Positions 8,951 to 18,021 of a DNA stretch of 64,000 bases are shown in pieces (within the stretch, counting starts at the first letter, position 1; each line of letters starts with the position of its first letter). The notes beneath the pieces were generated by a model. The model saw only the letters and a program-made list of their open reading frames with translations. It made no database searches and was not told the DNA's origin. Source of the stretch: Candidatus Eiseniibacteriota bacterium (lineage in GTDB: Bacteria > Eisenbacteria > RBG-16-71-46 > CAZAMP01). Position numbers and translations under genes: made by a program. The stretch covers positions 3,264,001 through 3,328,000 of the forward strand of contig OZ245046.1 in the NCBI GenBank assembly GCA_965224245.1. The letters are read 5' to 3'.

Positions 8951-11116
8951 ATGACTCGCCGTGGCCATCGCGGCTGCTGTTCCGGACGCCCGCCGGTGCC
9001 GCTCGAGGCCCGCCCGGCCGCCATTCTCGCCTCCGTGCTCGCCCTCCTCTCGGTGGGCCTCGGGTGCGCCCGATCCCCGGATGCCCCGACGCTGGAATGG
9101 CTCCGGCGAGGAACCGCCTATGTGGTCGTGACCGACCCCGTCGAGCTCCGGATCAGCGTCGAGCCGACCCACGGGGGGGCCGACTACGCCTATCTCTACG
9201 GCCCCGACGGTCGCACGCTCGTGCGCCGCCGGCTGTCTCCCGACTACGCCGGCACCGTGGTCAGGCGGCTCACGACCCCCGGCGTCTACACGGTCGTCCC
9301 GAGCCCGTCGCATCGCATGCGTCTGCGGGCGGACGGAGCCCGACTCGTGTATCGGCCGGAGACCGAGTTCCCGTCGCTCCACCAGCGCGACGGCGGGGCC
9401 GGGTACACGTTCCGGGTTCCCGAGGGAACGGAACGGATGACGGTGGCGGCCACCAATCAGCACGACTGGTCGGGATCCGCCGCTCGCGTGCGGATCTTCG
9501 ATCCGGACGGTCGACTCGCGCACACCTTCGAGCTGGACGATCTCGACGAGGCGACGATCCTCGAGCGCGTCGGCGTCTCGGCCGAGCAGCTGGCGTTCTA
9601 CCGCGCCCAGGGCGACACCGCCGTCGTGCCGGAGTTCCGGCTCGTGATCGAGCGGTGGACCGCGACCGACCCCGCGCCCGGCTCCTGGCGGGTGGAGGCG
9701 GGAACGACGGGGCTGGAGGCCGACGACGTCGGGTTCTGGCTCGAGGGCATCGACAACCTGATCGCCCCGGTCGGCGAGTCCCCCGAGCTTCCGGGCTGGA
9801 CCGACGTGGACGTGAGTGCGACCGTGGATGCGGCCCGCGTCGTGGGCCCCACCGGCGACGTCGGCACGGTCTGGGGCTGGACGGTTCACGAGGCCGAGTC
9901 GGAGGCCGCGTATCGCGAGATGGGGTTGTCGGCCAGCAAGCACTTCTATCCGCAGATCGACATGGAGGCCATCAACGACGACGACGACCCGCGTCACATC
10001 GATCCGGCCGGGTTCGATTTCGCGCCGTACGTCTCGCGGCTGGACGCGTACGCCGATCAGCGCATCCCGCTCACGGCGCTGATGGCGATCACGCGCCCCA
10101 CCGCGTGGGCCACGAAGAACCTGGAGGAGATCGCCGAGTTCGCCGAGGCCGCGGTGTCCTACCACCAGATCGACCGCGACCTCTCGCCCGACGCGCTCTA
10201 CTGGCAGTTCCTGAACGAGCCCAACCACGACGTGCACGAACGCGACTACGTCCTCGCGTACCAGAGCGTGGGACGGCGCCTCGCCGAGCGGATCGAGGCC
10301 GGTGGCGTTCCCGTGCACTTCGGGGGGCCGGCCACCGGCAACGCGGCCGGGGACACGCGCGCCGTCCCGTGGTCGTGGATCGAGTCGCTTCTCCGCCATG
10401 CCGACGACGTCACGGACTTCGTCGTGTGGAATCAGTACCGGCTGCCCAGGCTCGAGGACACGTGGCGCTATCGTGCCCACGTGGCGCGCGCCGATTCGCT
10501 GATCCGCGCGCTCGACAGCGACGGCCAGCGCGAGGAGATCCTCATCGGCGCGACGAACCTGCGCGGCGGCATCGTGCTTCAGAACGAGCGTCAGGACGGA
10601 CCCTACTCGGCGCTGTGGTGGCCGTCGGTGCTGTGCCAGACGCTCGGCACCGGGCGTTGCCGGCTGATCAACTACTTCTTCCTGATCGATCACGGCGCCC
10701 GGCGAAAGGGTCTCCTTCACGGCGACTGGCGGCGAAAGCCGGTCGCGCACGCGACCGCGTTCGTGACGTCCCATCTGGGCACCCACGTGATCGGGGCCGA
10801 GATCGACCACGACGGACTGGACGTGCTCGCGACGCGCGGACCGGTCGGTCGCCGCGGCGACGCGGCGACGGCCGTCTCCGACGCCGACCCGTTACACGTG
10901 CTCGTGGTGAACCGGCTCGACCGTGCGGCGCGCTTGCGGCTTCTCGTGGCCGGCGCCCCCGCTGCCGCCCGCGTCGAGGCGAGCCTGTTCGTGACCGACA
11001 CCGGCGAGGTGCGCGCGCTCGACACGCGTTCGAACGCCGACGATGCCGGGTCCCGCTTCGAGGTCCGCGTGCCGCCGCGCACGCTGGCCGCGTGGCGCCT
11101 GCTGCCGGGAGGGTGA
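8951..11116 (+). CDS. Lipoprotein with probable clan GH-A (GH39-like) TIM-barrel glycoside hydrolase domain
   Basis: Lipobox GLGC; YWQFLNEPN (NEP acid/base-type motif) followed by FGGP; C-terminal 'VLVVNR' beta-sandwich; heads a sugar operon. Confidence 0.55.
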   Translation: MTRRGHRGCCSGRPPVPLEARPAAILASVLALLSVGLGCARSPDAPTLEWLRRGTAYVVVTDPVELRISVEPTHGGADYAYLYGPDGRTLVRRRLSPDYAGTVVRRLTTPGVYTVVPSPSHRMRLRADGARLVYRPETEFPSLHQRDGGAGYTFRVPEGTERMTVAATNQHDWSGSAARVRIFDPDGRLAHTFELDDLDEATILERVGVSAEQLAFYRAQGDTAVVPEFRLVIERWTATDPAPGSWRVEAGTTGLEADDVGFWLEGIDNLIAPVGESPELPGWTDVDVSATVDAARVVGPTGDVGTVWGWTVHEAESEAAYREMGLSASKHFYPQIDMEAINDDDDPRHIDPAGFDFAPYVSRLDAYADQRIPLTALMAITRPTAWATKNLEEIAEFAEAAVSYHQIDRDLSPDALYWQFLNEPNHDVHERDYVLAYQSVGRRLAERIEAGGVPVHFGGPATGNAAGDTRAVPWSWIESLLRHADDVTDFVVWNQYRLPRLEDTWRYRAHVARADSLIRALDSDGQREEILIGATNLRGGIVLQNERQDGPYSALWWPSVLCQTLGTGRCRLINYFFLIDHGARRKGLLHGDWRRKPVAHATAFVTSHLGTHVIGAEIDHDGLDVLATRGPVGRRGDAATAVSDADPLHVLVVNRLDRAARLRLLVAGAPAAARVEASLFVTDTGEVRALDTRSNADDAGSRFEVRVPPRTLAAWRLLPGG

Positions 11117-11120
11117 ACAG

Positions 11121-12056
11121 GTGGATATCCGCACCCCCGGTCTCCACGAGCTCGACGCGATCCTGGCCATGTTGACACGAGCCTACCGCGCCGCACGCGC
11201 CGACTTCCCGGACGATCCCCGCGTGCTCGGCGCCTACGGGGCCCACGATCCCGGCGGCGGCCCCGCGAACTGGGTCGTCGCGTTCGACGACGACCGCCCG
11301 CTGGCGGCGCTTCGGTTGTTCTTCCGGACGATCCACACGTCGATCGGTGATCTCGAGATCGGGGGCATCGGCAACGTGGGCACCGACCCGGACGCCGGCG
11401 GCCGCGGCCTCGGCTCGACCGTGATGCGCGCCGCACACGACCGGATTCTCGAGCGCGGCTGCCGTGCGGCGCTCCTCGTCACCGACATCCCCGACTTCTA
11501 CCGGCGTCTCGGCTACGAGACCGTGCGACAGCCGGAGCTCCGGGGTACCGTCGTCCCCGAGCGCGAGACCCCGGTCGCCGCCCGGCGCCTCCGGGCCCCG
11601 GTCGCCGACGAGGTCGACCGGTGGCACGCCCGGCTCGTGGCCGAGACGTCGGGACGGGTCGTACGCTCCGAGGCGCTCTGGACGCGATGGATCCTCGACT
11701 TCAAGGTGGCCGGGACGTCGCTCGACGCCGTCCACGGCGAGGGTGCGTACCTGATCGGCAGACCCGAGAATGAGGGCCGACACTACCGGGTCTTCGAGGC
11801 GGGCGGCGACCCGGCGGCCGTCCTCGCCCTCGTCAGGGCGCACGCGGGCCGCGCGGTGCTGTGGAAGATGCCCGACGACTCGGTGTGTCGTGCGGTGCTC
11901 GCCTCCGCGGACGCCGATGTGTCCACGCGCGAGCGAACGGGTATCATGGCCGCCGTCATGGACGGTGCCGCGGCCGTCGGAGACGGCGCGGCCGCCACGC
12001 ACGACCAGGTCGACGCGTCGCTGTTCTCGGGCTTCCTGGAGCTCGACGCGTTCTAG
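11121..12056 (+). CDS. GNAT N-acetyltransferase (Eis-like N-terminal domain)
   Basis: GGIGNVGTDPDAGGRGLGS (motif A) and DFYRRLGY; GTG start just after the previous stop. Confidence 0.85.
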   Translation: MDIRTPGLHELDAILAMLTRAYRAARADFPDDPRVLGAYGAHDPGGGPANWVVAFDDDRPLAALRLFFRTIHTSIGDLEIGGIGNVGTDPDAGGRGLGSTVMRAAHDRILERGCRAALLVTDIPDFYRRLGYETVRQPELRGTVVPERETPVAARRLRAPVADEVDRWHARLVAETSGRVVRSEALWTRWILDFKVAGTSLDAVHGEGAYLIGRPENEGRHYRVFEAGGDPAAVLALVRAHAGRAVLWKMPDDSVCRAVLASADADVSTRERTGIMAAVMDGAAAVGDGAAATHDQVDASLFSGFLELDAF

Positions 12057-12099
12057 AGAGCGGCATCGCGCCGGGGCGCGATCGACGAATCGAGGTGAT

Positions 12100-12906
12100 G
12101 TGGTCTCCGACGCGCACGTCCACACGCTCGGGCACGAGCGGGCCGACGCGATCATGGCCGCGATGGACCGGATCGGCCTGACGCACACGTGTCTCCTGTC
12201 GCCCCCGGAGCTGGCCTCGACCGAGGCGCAGCGCGACGCCCTCCGATGGATGGCCTCGCTCACGCGCACCGCCCCCGATCGGCTGCTCGGCTACTTCTGG
12301 CTCAACCCCCTCGTGGACCGGGCACCCGAGCTCGTCGCCGAGGCCGCGGCGACCGACGGCATCCGCGCGTTCAAGCTGATGAGCGACCACTGGTACCCCC
12401 ACGACCCGGGCGTCCGGCGCACGCTCGACGCGATCGCGAGGACCGGGATGCCGATCCTCTTCCACGCCGGCATTCTCTGGAGCCACATGGACTCCTCGCG
12501 CTTCTGCCGTCCGGTCGACTTCGAGGTCATGCTGCACTACCCCACGACGCGATTCTGCCTGGCGCACGTCGCCTGGCCCTGGGTGGACGAGTGCCTGGCC
12601 GTGGCCGCGCGCATGCGTGACGGCATCGAGAAGCTGACCGGGGGGCCGAACACGATGTACATCGACCTGTCGCCGGGTACGCCGATGGAGGTCCGGGAGG
12701 AGGCGTTCCGGAAGGTCTTCCTGATCGGCGAGACGAACCGGATCCTCTGGGGAAGCGACGACGCCGAGCCCGAGACGTTCGAGAAGGCGTCTCGCGTGCT
12801 GGCGTTCGATCGCGATCTCCTCGATCGGATCGGCGTTCCGTCGGCGGTGCAGTCTCGCGTGTTCGGCCTCAATCACCTCGAGTTCCTGGGAATGACGACA
12901 TGTTGA
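12100..12906 (+). CDS. Amidohydrolase_2 family metal-dependent hydrolase/decarboxylase
   Basis: DAHVH, PILFHAG, LAHVAWP and ILWGSD motifs. Confidence 0.85.
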   Translation: MVSDAHVHTLGHERADAIMAAMDRIGLTHTCLLSPPELASTEAQRDALRWMASLTRTAPDRLLGYFWLNPLVDRAPELVAEAAATDGIRAFKLMSDHWYPHDPGVRRTLDAIARTGMPILFHAGILWSHMDSSRFCRPVDFEVMLHYPTTRFCLAHVAWPWVDECLAVAARMRDGIEKLTGGPNTMYIDLSPGTPMEVREEAFRKVFLIGETNRILWGSDDAEPETFEKASRVLAFDRDLLDRIGVPSAVQSRVFGLNHLEFLGMTTC

Positions 12907-14288
12907 CCCGTCCCTGCTCCGCCGGCCGCGCCTCCTGCGCGCACGTCCTGACCGCTCTCGTCGCGGCTCTCGCCCTCGGCGGTGGATGCCGCGGATCGAA
13001 CGACACGGGGGGCTCCTCCGCGGAGGGCGACCGATCGGGGGGCGGCACCTCGGCGGGCGATCAGGTGGCCATCCGCTACTTCCGATGGGCCGACCCCTCC
13101 GAGCTGGACGCGACACGCGCCGCGCTCGATGCGTTCCAGGCGGCGAACCCCGACGTGAAGGTCACGCTCGAGTACACGAACTTCGGCGGATACGGCTCGA
13201 AGCTCCAGACACTGATCGCCGGACGCGAGGCCCCCGACGTGTTCGCCCTGTCCGGTGCGTGGCTCCACGACCTCCACGCGCGCGGCGTGCTCGCGGATCT
13301 GGGTCCGTTCGTGGACGCCGACGCCTCGGTGGATCTCCTCGACTTCTACCGGGCACCGGTGACGGTGTTTCAGATCGGCGACGGGCTCTACGGGCTCCCG
13401 CGCGACTTCAACGTGGTCGCGCTGTTCTACAACACCGCGCTCTTCGACGCCGCCGGCGTCGATTACCCGGACTCGACGTGGGACTGGGACGACCTCCGCC
13501 GCGCGGCGCGCGCGCTGACGCGCGACGCCGACGGTGACGGTCGCACCGATCAGTGGGGGCTTCAGGTCTCGAACGACATGGAGGTCTCCTGGGGGAACTA
13601 CGTGTACCAGAACGGCGGCCGCATCCTGACCGAGGACCGCCGCCGCTTCGCGCTGTCCGAGCCGCCCGCGGTCGAGGCGCTCGACTTCCTGACGTCGCTC
13701 ATCTACGAGGATCACGTCTCGCCGTCGCCGCTCGACATGGAGTCGCTCTCGGGGACGCCGTTCCGCAACGGCCGCATCGCGATGATCACGAGCGGCTCGT
13801 GGACGCTGGGCACCCTCGACGCGACCGAGGGCTTCACCTACGGCGTGGCCGCCCTCCCGAAGGGACGCCGGCGCGCGGCGGTCGCCAACGGCGTGGCCCA
13901 CGCGATGTCGGCGAGCACGGCCCACCGGGACGCGGCCTGGCGGCTCATCGCGTTCCTGTCCGGCCCCGAGGGCCAGCGCCTCCTGGCGCGATCGGGCACG
14001 TCCATCCCGGCTCGACGCTCGGTGGCCGAGTCCGAGGACTTCCTCGGCGCCGGCCGGCCGGGAGTGGACCGATCGGTCTTCCTGTGGAGCATGGAGTTCG
14101 CCCGCACGCTGCCGTTCACGCCCGGCCTGGCGCGCTGGGGCGGTGAGGTGATCCAGGCCCTCGACCGGGTCTGGCTCCAGGAGCGCACGCCCCAGGGGGC
14201 CATGCGCGAGATCCAGCCCACGGTCGATGCGATCCTGGCCCGGGAGCGCGCCCGCGCCGGCGACGACGAGCGGACTCCCGCTCCGTGA
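12900..14288 (+). CDS. Sugar ABC transporter substrate-binding lipoprotein
   Basis: Lipobox GGGC; APDVF, YGLPRD and ALFYNTALFDAAG (CUT1 family). Confidence 0.93.
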   Translation: MLTRPCSAGRASCAHVLTALVAALALGGGCRGSNDTGGSSAEGDRSGGGTSAGDQVAIRYFRWADPSELDATRAALDAFQAANPDVKVTLEYTNFGGYGSKLQTLIAGREAPDVFALSGAWLHDLHARGVLADLGPFVDADASVDLLDFYRAPVTVFQIGDGLYGLPRDFNVVALFYNTALFDAAGVDYPDSTWDWDDLRRAARALTRDADGDGRTDQWGLQVSNDMEVSWGNYVYQNGGRILTEDRRRFALSEPPAVEALDFLTSLIYEDHVSPSPLDMESLSGTPFRNGRIAMITSGSWTLGTLDATEGFTYGVAALPKGRRRAAVANGVAHAMSASTAHRDAAWRLIAFLSGPEGQRLLARSGTSIPARRSVAESEDFLGAGRPGVDRSVFLWSMEFARTLPFTPGLARWGGEVIQALDRVWLQERTPQGAMREIQPTVDAILARERARAGDDERTPAP

Positions 14289-14301
14289 GAGCCCTCGCGC
14301 G

Positions 14302-15228
14302 ATGAGAGCCTCCGAGCGACGCGAGCTCGCCGCCGCCCTGGTCTTCCTGAGCCCGGGGCTGGTCACGTTCACCGCGTTCGTGCTGCTGCCGGTGCTTGCG
14401 TCCCTCGGGCTCAGCCTCACCGAGTGGGACCTCCTCTCGTCGCCGCGCTTCGTCGGGCTCGCGAACTTCGAGCGGCTCCTCGGCTTCACCCGCGACGGCG
14501 GCGCATGGGCGGCGCGGGACCCGGAGTTCTGGTCCAGCATGGGCAACACGCTCTTCTACATGCTCACGATCCCGGTGAACCTGATGCTGGCGCTGTTCGT
14601 GGCGCTCCTGATCAACACCGTGGTCCCGATGAAGTCGCTCTTCCGGACGCTCTACTTCCTGCCCGTGGTCTGCACGCTGGTGGCGGTGGCGATCCTCTGG
14701 CGGTGGATCTTCAATCCCAACTACGGACTCTTCAACTGGGCGCTGTCCACGGTCGGCATCGACGGGCCCGCCTGGCTGCTGAGCCGCGCGTGGGCCAAGC
14801 CCGCGATCATGCTCGTGATGCTGTGGAAGGGGCTCGGCTACAGCGTGATGGTGTACCTGGCCGGCCTCCAGACGGTGCCCGACGACCTCCACGAGGCCGC
14901 GCGAATCGACGGCGCCGGCCCCTGGAGTCGGTTCTGGAGGATCACGTTCCCGCTCCTGGCCCCGACGCACTTCTTCCTCGCCGTGATCGGCGTCATCTGG
15001 GGCTTCCAGACGTTCGACACCGTGTTCCTGATGACGGGCGGCGGACCGGCGGGCTCGACCGAGCCGGTGCTCCTGTACCTGTATCAGAACGCGTTCGTGT
15101 GGTTCGAGATGGGCTACGCGTCGGCGATCGCGTGGATCCTCTTCCTGTTGATGATGGCGGCCACGCTTCTGCAGTGGCGGGCCGCGGGCAGCCGCGCTCG
15201 GGGCGGCGCGTCAGAGGAGGCCCTGTGA
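14302..15228 (+). CDS. Sugar ABC transporter permease 1
   Basis: FVGLANF; EAA loop LHEAARIDGAG; MGYASAIAW. Confidence 0.95.
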   Translation: MRASERRELAAALVFLSPGLVTFTAFVLLPVLASLGLSLTEWDLLSSPRFVGLANFERLLGFTRDGGAWAARDPEFWSSMGNTLFYMLTIPVNLMLALFVALLINTVVPMKSLFRTLYFLPVVCTLVAVAILWRWIFNPNYGLFNWALSTVGIDGPAWLLSRAWAKPAIMLVMLWKGLGYSVMVYLAGLQTVPDDLHEAARIDGAGPWSRFWRITFPLLAPTHFFLAVIGVIWGFQTFDTVFLMTGGGPAGSTEPVLLYLYQNAFVWFEMGYASAIAWILFLLMMAATLLQWRAAGSRARGGASEEAL

Positions 15229-16073
15229 CGACCCGGCGCATCCTGGCCACGGCGTTCGTCCTGGTGGGCGCGGTGCTGATGGTGTTGCCGTTCGTGTGGC
15301 TCGTCTCGTCCTCGCTGAAGGGACCGGCCGACATCCTGGCCCTCCCGCCGGACTGGATCCCCGACGATCCGAGGTGGTCGAACTACGCGACCGTGTGGGA
15401 AGGCTCCGGCGTGGACGACGGTCCACTCGGGGTGACCGGTCCACTTCTCGCCGCCTACCTGAACAGCCTCTTCGTGACGTTGTCGGTCACCGCGCTCCAG
15501 CTTCTGACGTCCTCGGCAGCCGCCTTCGCGTTCGCGCACCTCCGGTTTCCGATCCGGGACAAGCTCTTTCTCGGGTACCTGGCCACGATGATGATCCCCG
15601 CGCAGGTCACGATCATCCCGGTGTTCATCATCCTCCGGCAGCTCGGGTGGCTCGACTCGTATCAGGCGCTGATCGTGCCGTTCGTCTCGTCGGCCTACGG
15701 GACGTTTCTCCTGCGGCAGTACTTCCTGACCATCCCGCGCGACCTGGTCGACGCGGCCGTGATCGATGGCTGCGGGCATCTCGGCGTGTTCCGGCACGTG
15801 TTCCTGCCCCTGGCCAGGCCGGCGCTGGCCACGTTCGGGATCCTGGCGTTCCTGGCCACCTGGAACGACTTCATGTGGCCGCTGATCGTCATCAGCTCCC
15901 CGGGCAAGATGACGTTGCCGGTCATGCTGAACCACTACCTGGGACAGTACGGAACGGACTGGACGCGACTCCTGCCGGCGACGGTGATTGCGCTGGTCCC
16001 GGTATTGGTCGTTTACTTGATCGGGCAGCGTCACGTGACCCGGGGGTTCGTGATGAGCGGAATCAAAGGATGA
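15225..16073 (+). CDS. Sugar ABC transporter permease 2
   Basis: LVDAAVIDGC; WNDFMWPL; GTGA overlap with the upstream permease. Confidence 0.95.
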   Translation: MTTRRILATAFVLVGAVLMVLPFVWLVSSSLKGPADILALPPDWIPDDPRWSNYATVWEGSGVDDGPLGVTGPLLAAYLNSLFVTLSVTALQLLTSSAAAFAFAHLRFPIRDKLFLGYLATMMIPAQVTIIPVFIILRQLGWLDSYQALIVPFVSSAYGTFLLRQYFLTIPRDLVDAAVIDGCGHLGVFRHVFLPLARPALATFGILAFLATWNDFMWPLIVISSPGKMTLPVMLNHYLGQYGTDWTRLLPATVIALVPVLVVYLIGQRHVTRGFVMSGIKG

Positions 16074-16085
16074 GGAGCTGACGCC

Positions 16086-16946
16086 ATGCGAACGGCGATC
16101 AACCGATGGGCGTTTCCGGGCAAGTGGTCGCTCGACGAGGTCATCGAGGCCACCGTGCGTCACGGCTTCGACGGCCTGGAGCTGAACCTCGAGGAGAAGG
16201 GCGACGTCGCCGTGGACACCGACCTCGACGATGTCAGGCGGGTCGCGGCGAGGGTCCGGGAGGCCGGACTCGACATCCCGGCGCTCGCCACCGGTCTCTA
16301 CTGGACGCGCTCGCTCTCGTCTCCGGACGACGCCGAGCGCCGCGCGGGACTGAACCTGGCCCGGGCGCAGATGCGCCTCGCCGACGCGATGGACGTCGAT
16401 CACCTTCTGGTGGTGCCGGGGGCCGTGGACGTGTTCTTTCTTCCGGACAAGCAGGCGGTCCCCTACGAGATCGCGTACAGCCGGGCGCAGGAGTCGCTCC
16501 GGATCCTGACCGCCGAGGCGGAGGCCCGGAAGATCGTCCTCTGCCTGGAGAACGTCTGGAACCGGTTCCTTCTGAGCCCGCTCGAGTTCCGCCGCTTCGT
16601 GGATGAGATCGATTCGCTCCTGGTGCGCGCGTACTTCGACGTCGGCAACGTGTTCGCGTTCGGCCAGCCGGCCGACTGGATCTCGATCCTGGACGCGCGG
16701 ATCTCCCGGGTCCACGTGAAGGACTTCAGCCGGAGCGTGGGCACCGCGGACGGGTTTCGCGATCTCGAGGAAGGCGAGATCGACTGGCCGGCGACCATGG
16801 GCGCGCTCGCGCGCGTCGGGTACGACCGATGGCTCACCGCGGAGCTGTTTCCGTCGAAGGGCGCCGATCCGGATGCGTTTCTCGCGAAGACGAGTGCGAG
16901 CTTGCGGCGGTTCGTCGAGATGCACGCCGGGGCGAAGACGTCCTGA
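16086..16946 (+). CDS. Sugar phosphate isomerase/epimerase (xylose-isomerase-like TIM barrel)
   Basis: GFDGLEL, CLENVW, YFDVGN, VHVKD and LTAE metal-ligand motifs; GAGGAG SD. Confidence 0.9.
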   Translation: MRTAINRWAFPGKWSLDEVIEATVRHGFDGLELNLEEKGDVAVDTDLDDVRRVAARVREAGLDIPALATGLYWTRSLSSPDDAERRAGLNLARAQMRLADAMDVDHLLVVPGAVDVFFLPDKQAVPYEIAYSRAQESLRILTAEAEARKIVLCLENVWNRFLLSPLEFRRFVDEIDSLLVRAYFDVGNVFAFGQPADWISILDARISRVHVKDFSRSVGTADGFRDLEEGEIDWPATMGALARVGYDRWLTAELFPSKGADPDAFLAKTSASLRRFVEMHAGAKTS

Positions 16947-17156
16947 CTCCCGGTCGGCACTCTCTCGGAACTTCCGCGTGAGGTATCGACTTCTTCGAGT
17001 GTCGCGGCCCGGGCACGGCGAACACCTGGCGTCGTGCCGCGACTCGATGGTGGCAAGCGAGGTCATGCGTGTACATGGATGCTTCCGAGCGCGAGCCTCG
17101 GCTGACGAGAGCTCCGACGCCGTTGGTCGACTTCACCCGGGGATCTGAAGGCGATC

Positions 17157-17819
17157 ATGCTCGTGTGCCTGCTGATGACCGGGGCGGTCTCGTGTGCCGA
17201 TCGTGAGCCGACTCGCGAAGAGCATCAACCCTTCGGTGGCCCCGTCTTCCTGCCCCCCACCAGTCCCGAGAACGTGCTGCCAACCTCGAGGAGGCCTACC
17301 GCGATCGCATGCTCGATCGGATTGCGTCGTGCCTTGCACCCGGGTACACGTTCGTGCCGGCCGACGAGGACTCTGTGGAGTTCGATGCGCTGACGAGGCA
17401 CGAGGATCTGGGCGCGACGCAGAACATGCTCGAGAACGTCGACGACGTGGCGACCACGATCGACCACGATCAACCACGATGGGTCGGTGCCATCGGAACT
17501 TGCCGCCTTCCCCGGATCTGCGGGCTACCGGATGATCCTGGTCCCACACGTCCGCCTCGACGTCCTCTCCCGCTTCATCGACGAGGATTCGGGCGACCCC
17601 ATCACCTACCACGTCCCCGGCATCTCGTCCCGGTTCGTGTTCGAGCCCGACTCGTCCCGGTCTCCCCCCACCTTCACGATCGTCCTCCACGAGGAGTTCC
17701 CGCCCGACCCGGTCGGGACGTCACCGACCGCGGACTCGAATCCGGTCGAGCACACGCAGGCGAACGCCGCCAGCATCCCGATCATCGACACGACGTGGGC
17801 CGCCCTCAAGGCCCTCTAC
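17157..17819 (+). pseudogene. Frameshifted secreted/lipoprotein gene (lipobox AVSC, TSPENVL-ANLEEAY motif, C-terminal TTWAALKALY)
   Basis: One coherent protein can be read across three ORF pieces, with a 1-bp loss at ~17279 and an extra 10-bp tandem unit at 17451-17480. Confidence 0.6.
17451..17480. repeat. 10-bp tandem repeat x3 (CGACCACGAT CGACCACGAT CAACCACGAT)
   Basis: Read directly from the sequence. Confidence 0.95.
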
Positions 17820-18021
17820 GCCGACCGATCCCCGTTCCCCCACCCCGAGGTTCTCGTTCAGCGATGGAGATGCCCCCGACGCAGCGAGCCGGGATGGGGG
17901 CATGGACCCCGGCGAGTTCCGCAGGGAATCAGGCCGGCCCTTCGAGGGGCCGGCCGCCCGAGGACTGTCCGAGCAGAGGGGTTCATGCCCCCATCGCGGC
18001 TCGCGGAACGACAGGGAGACG

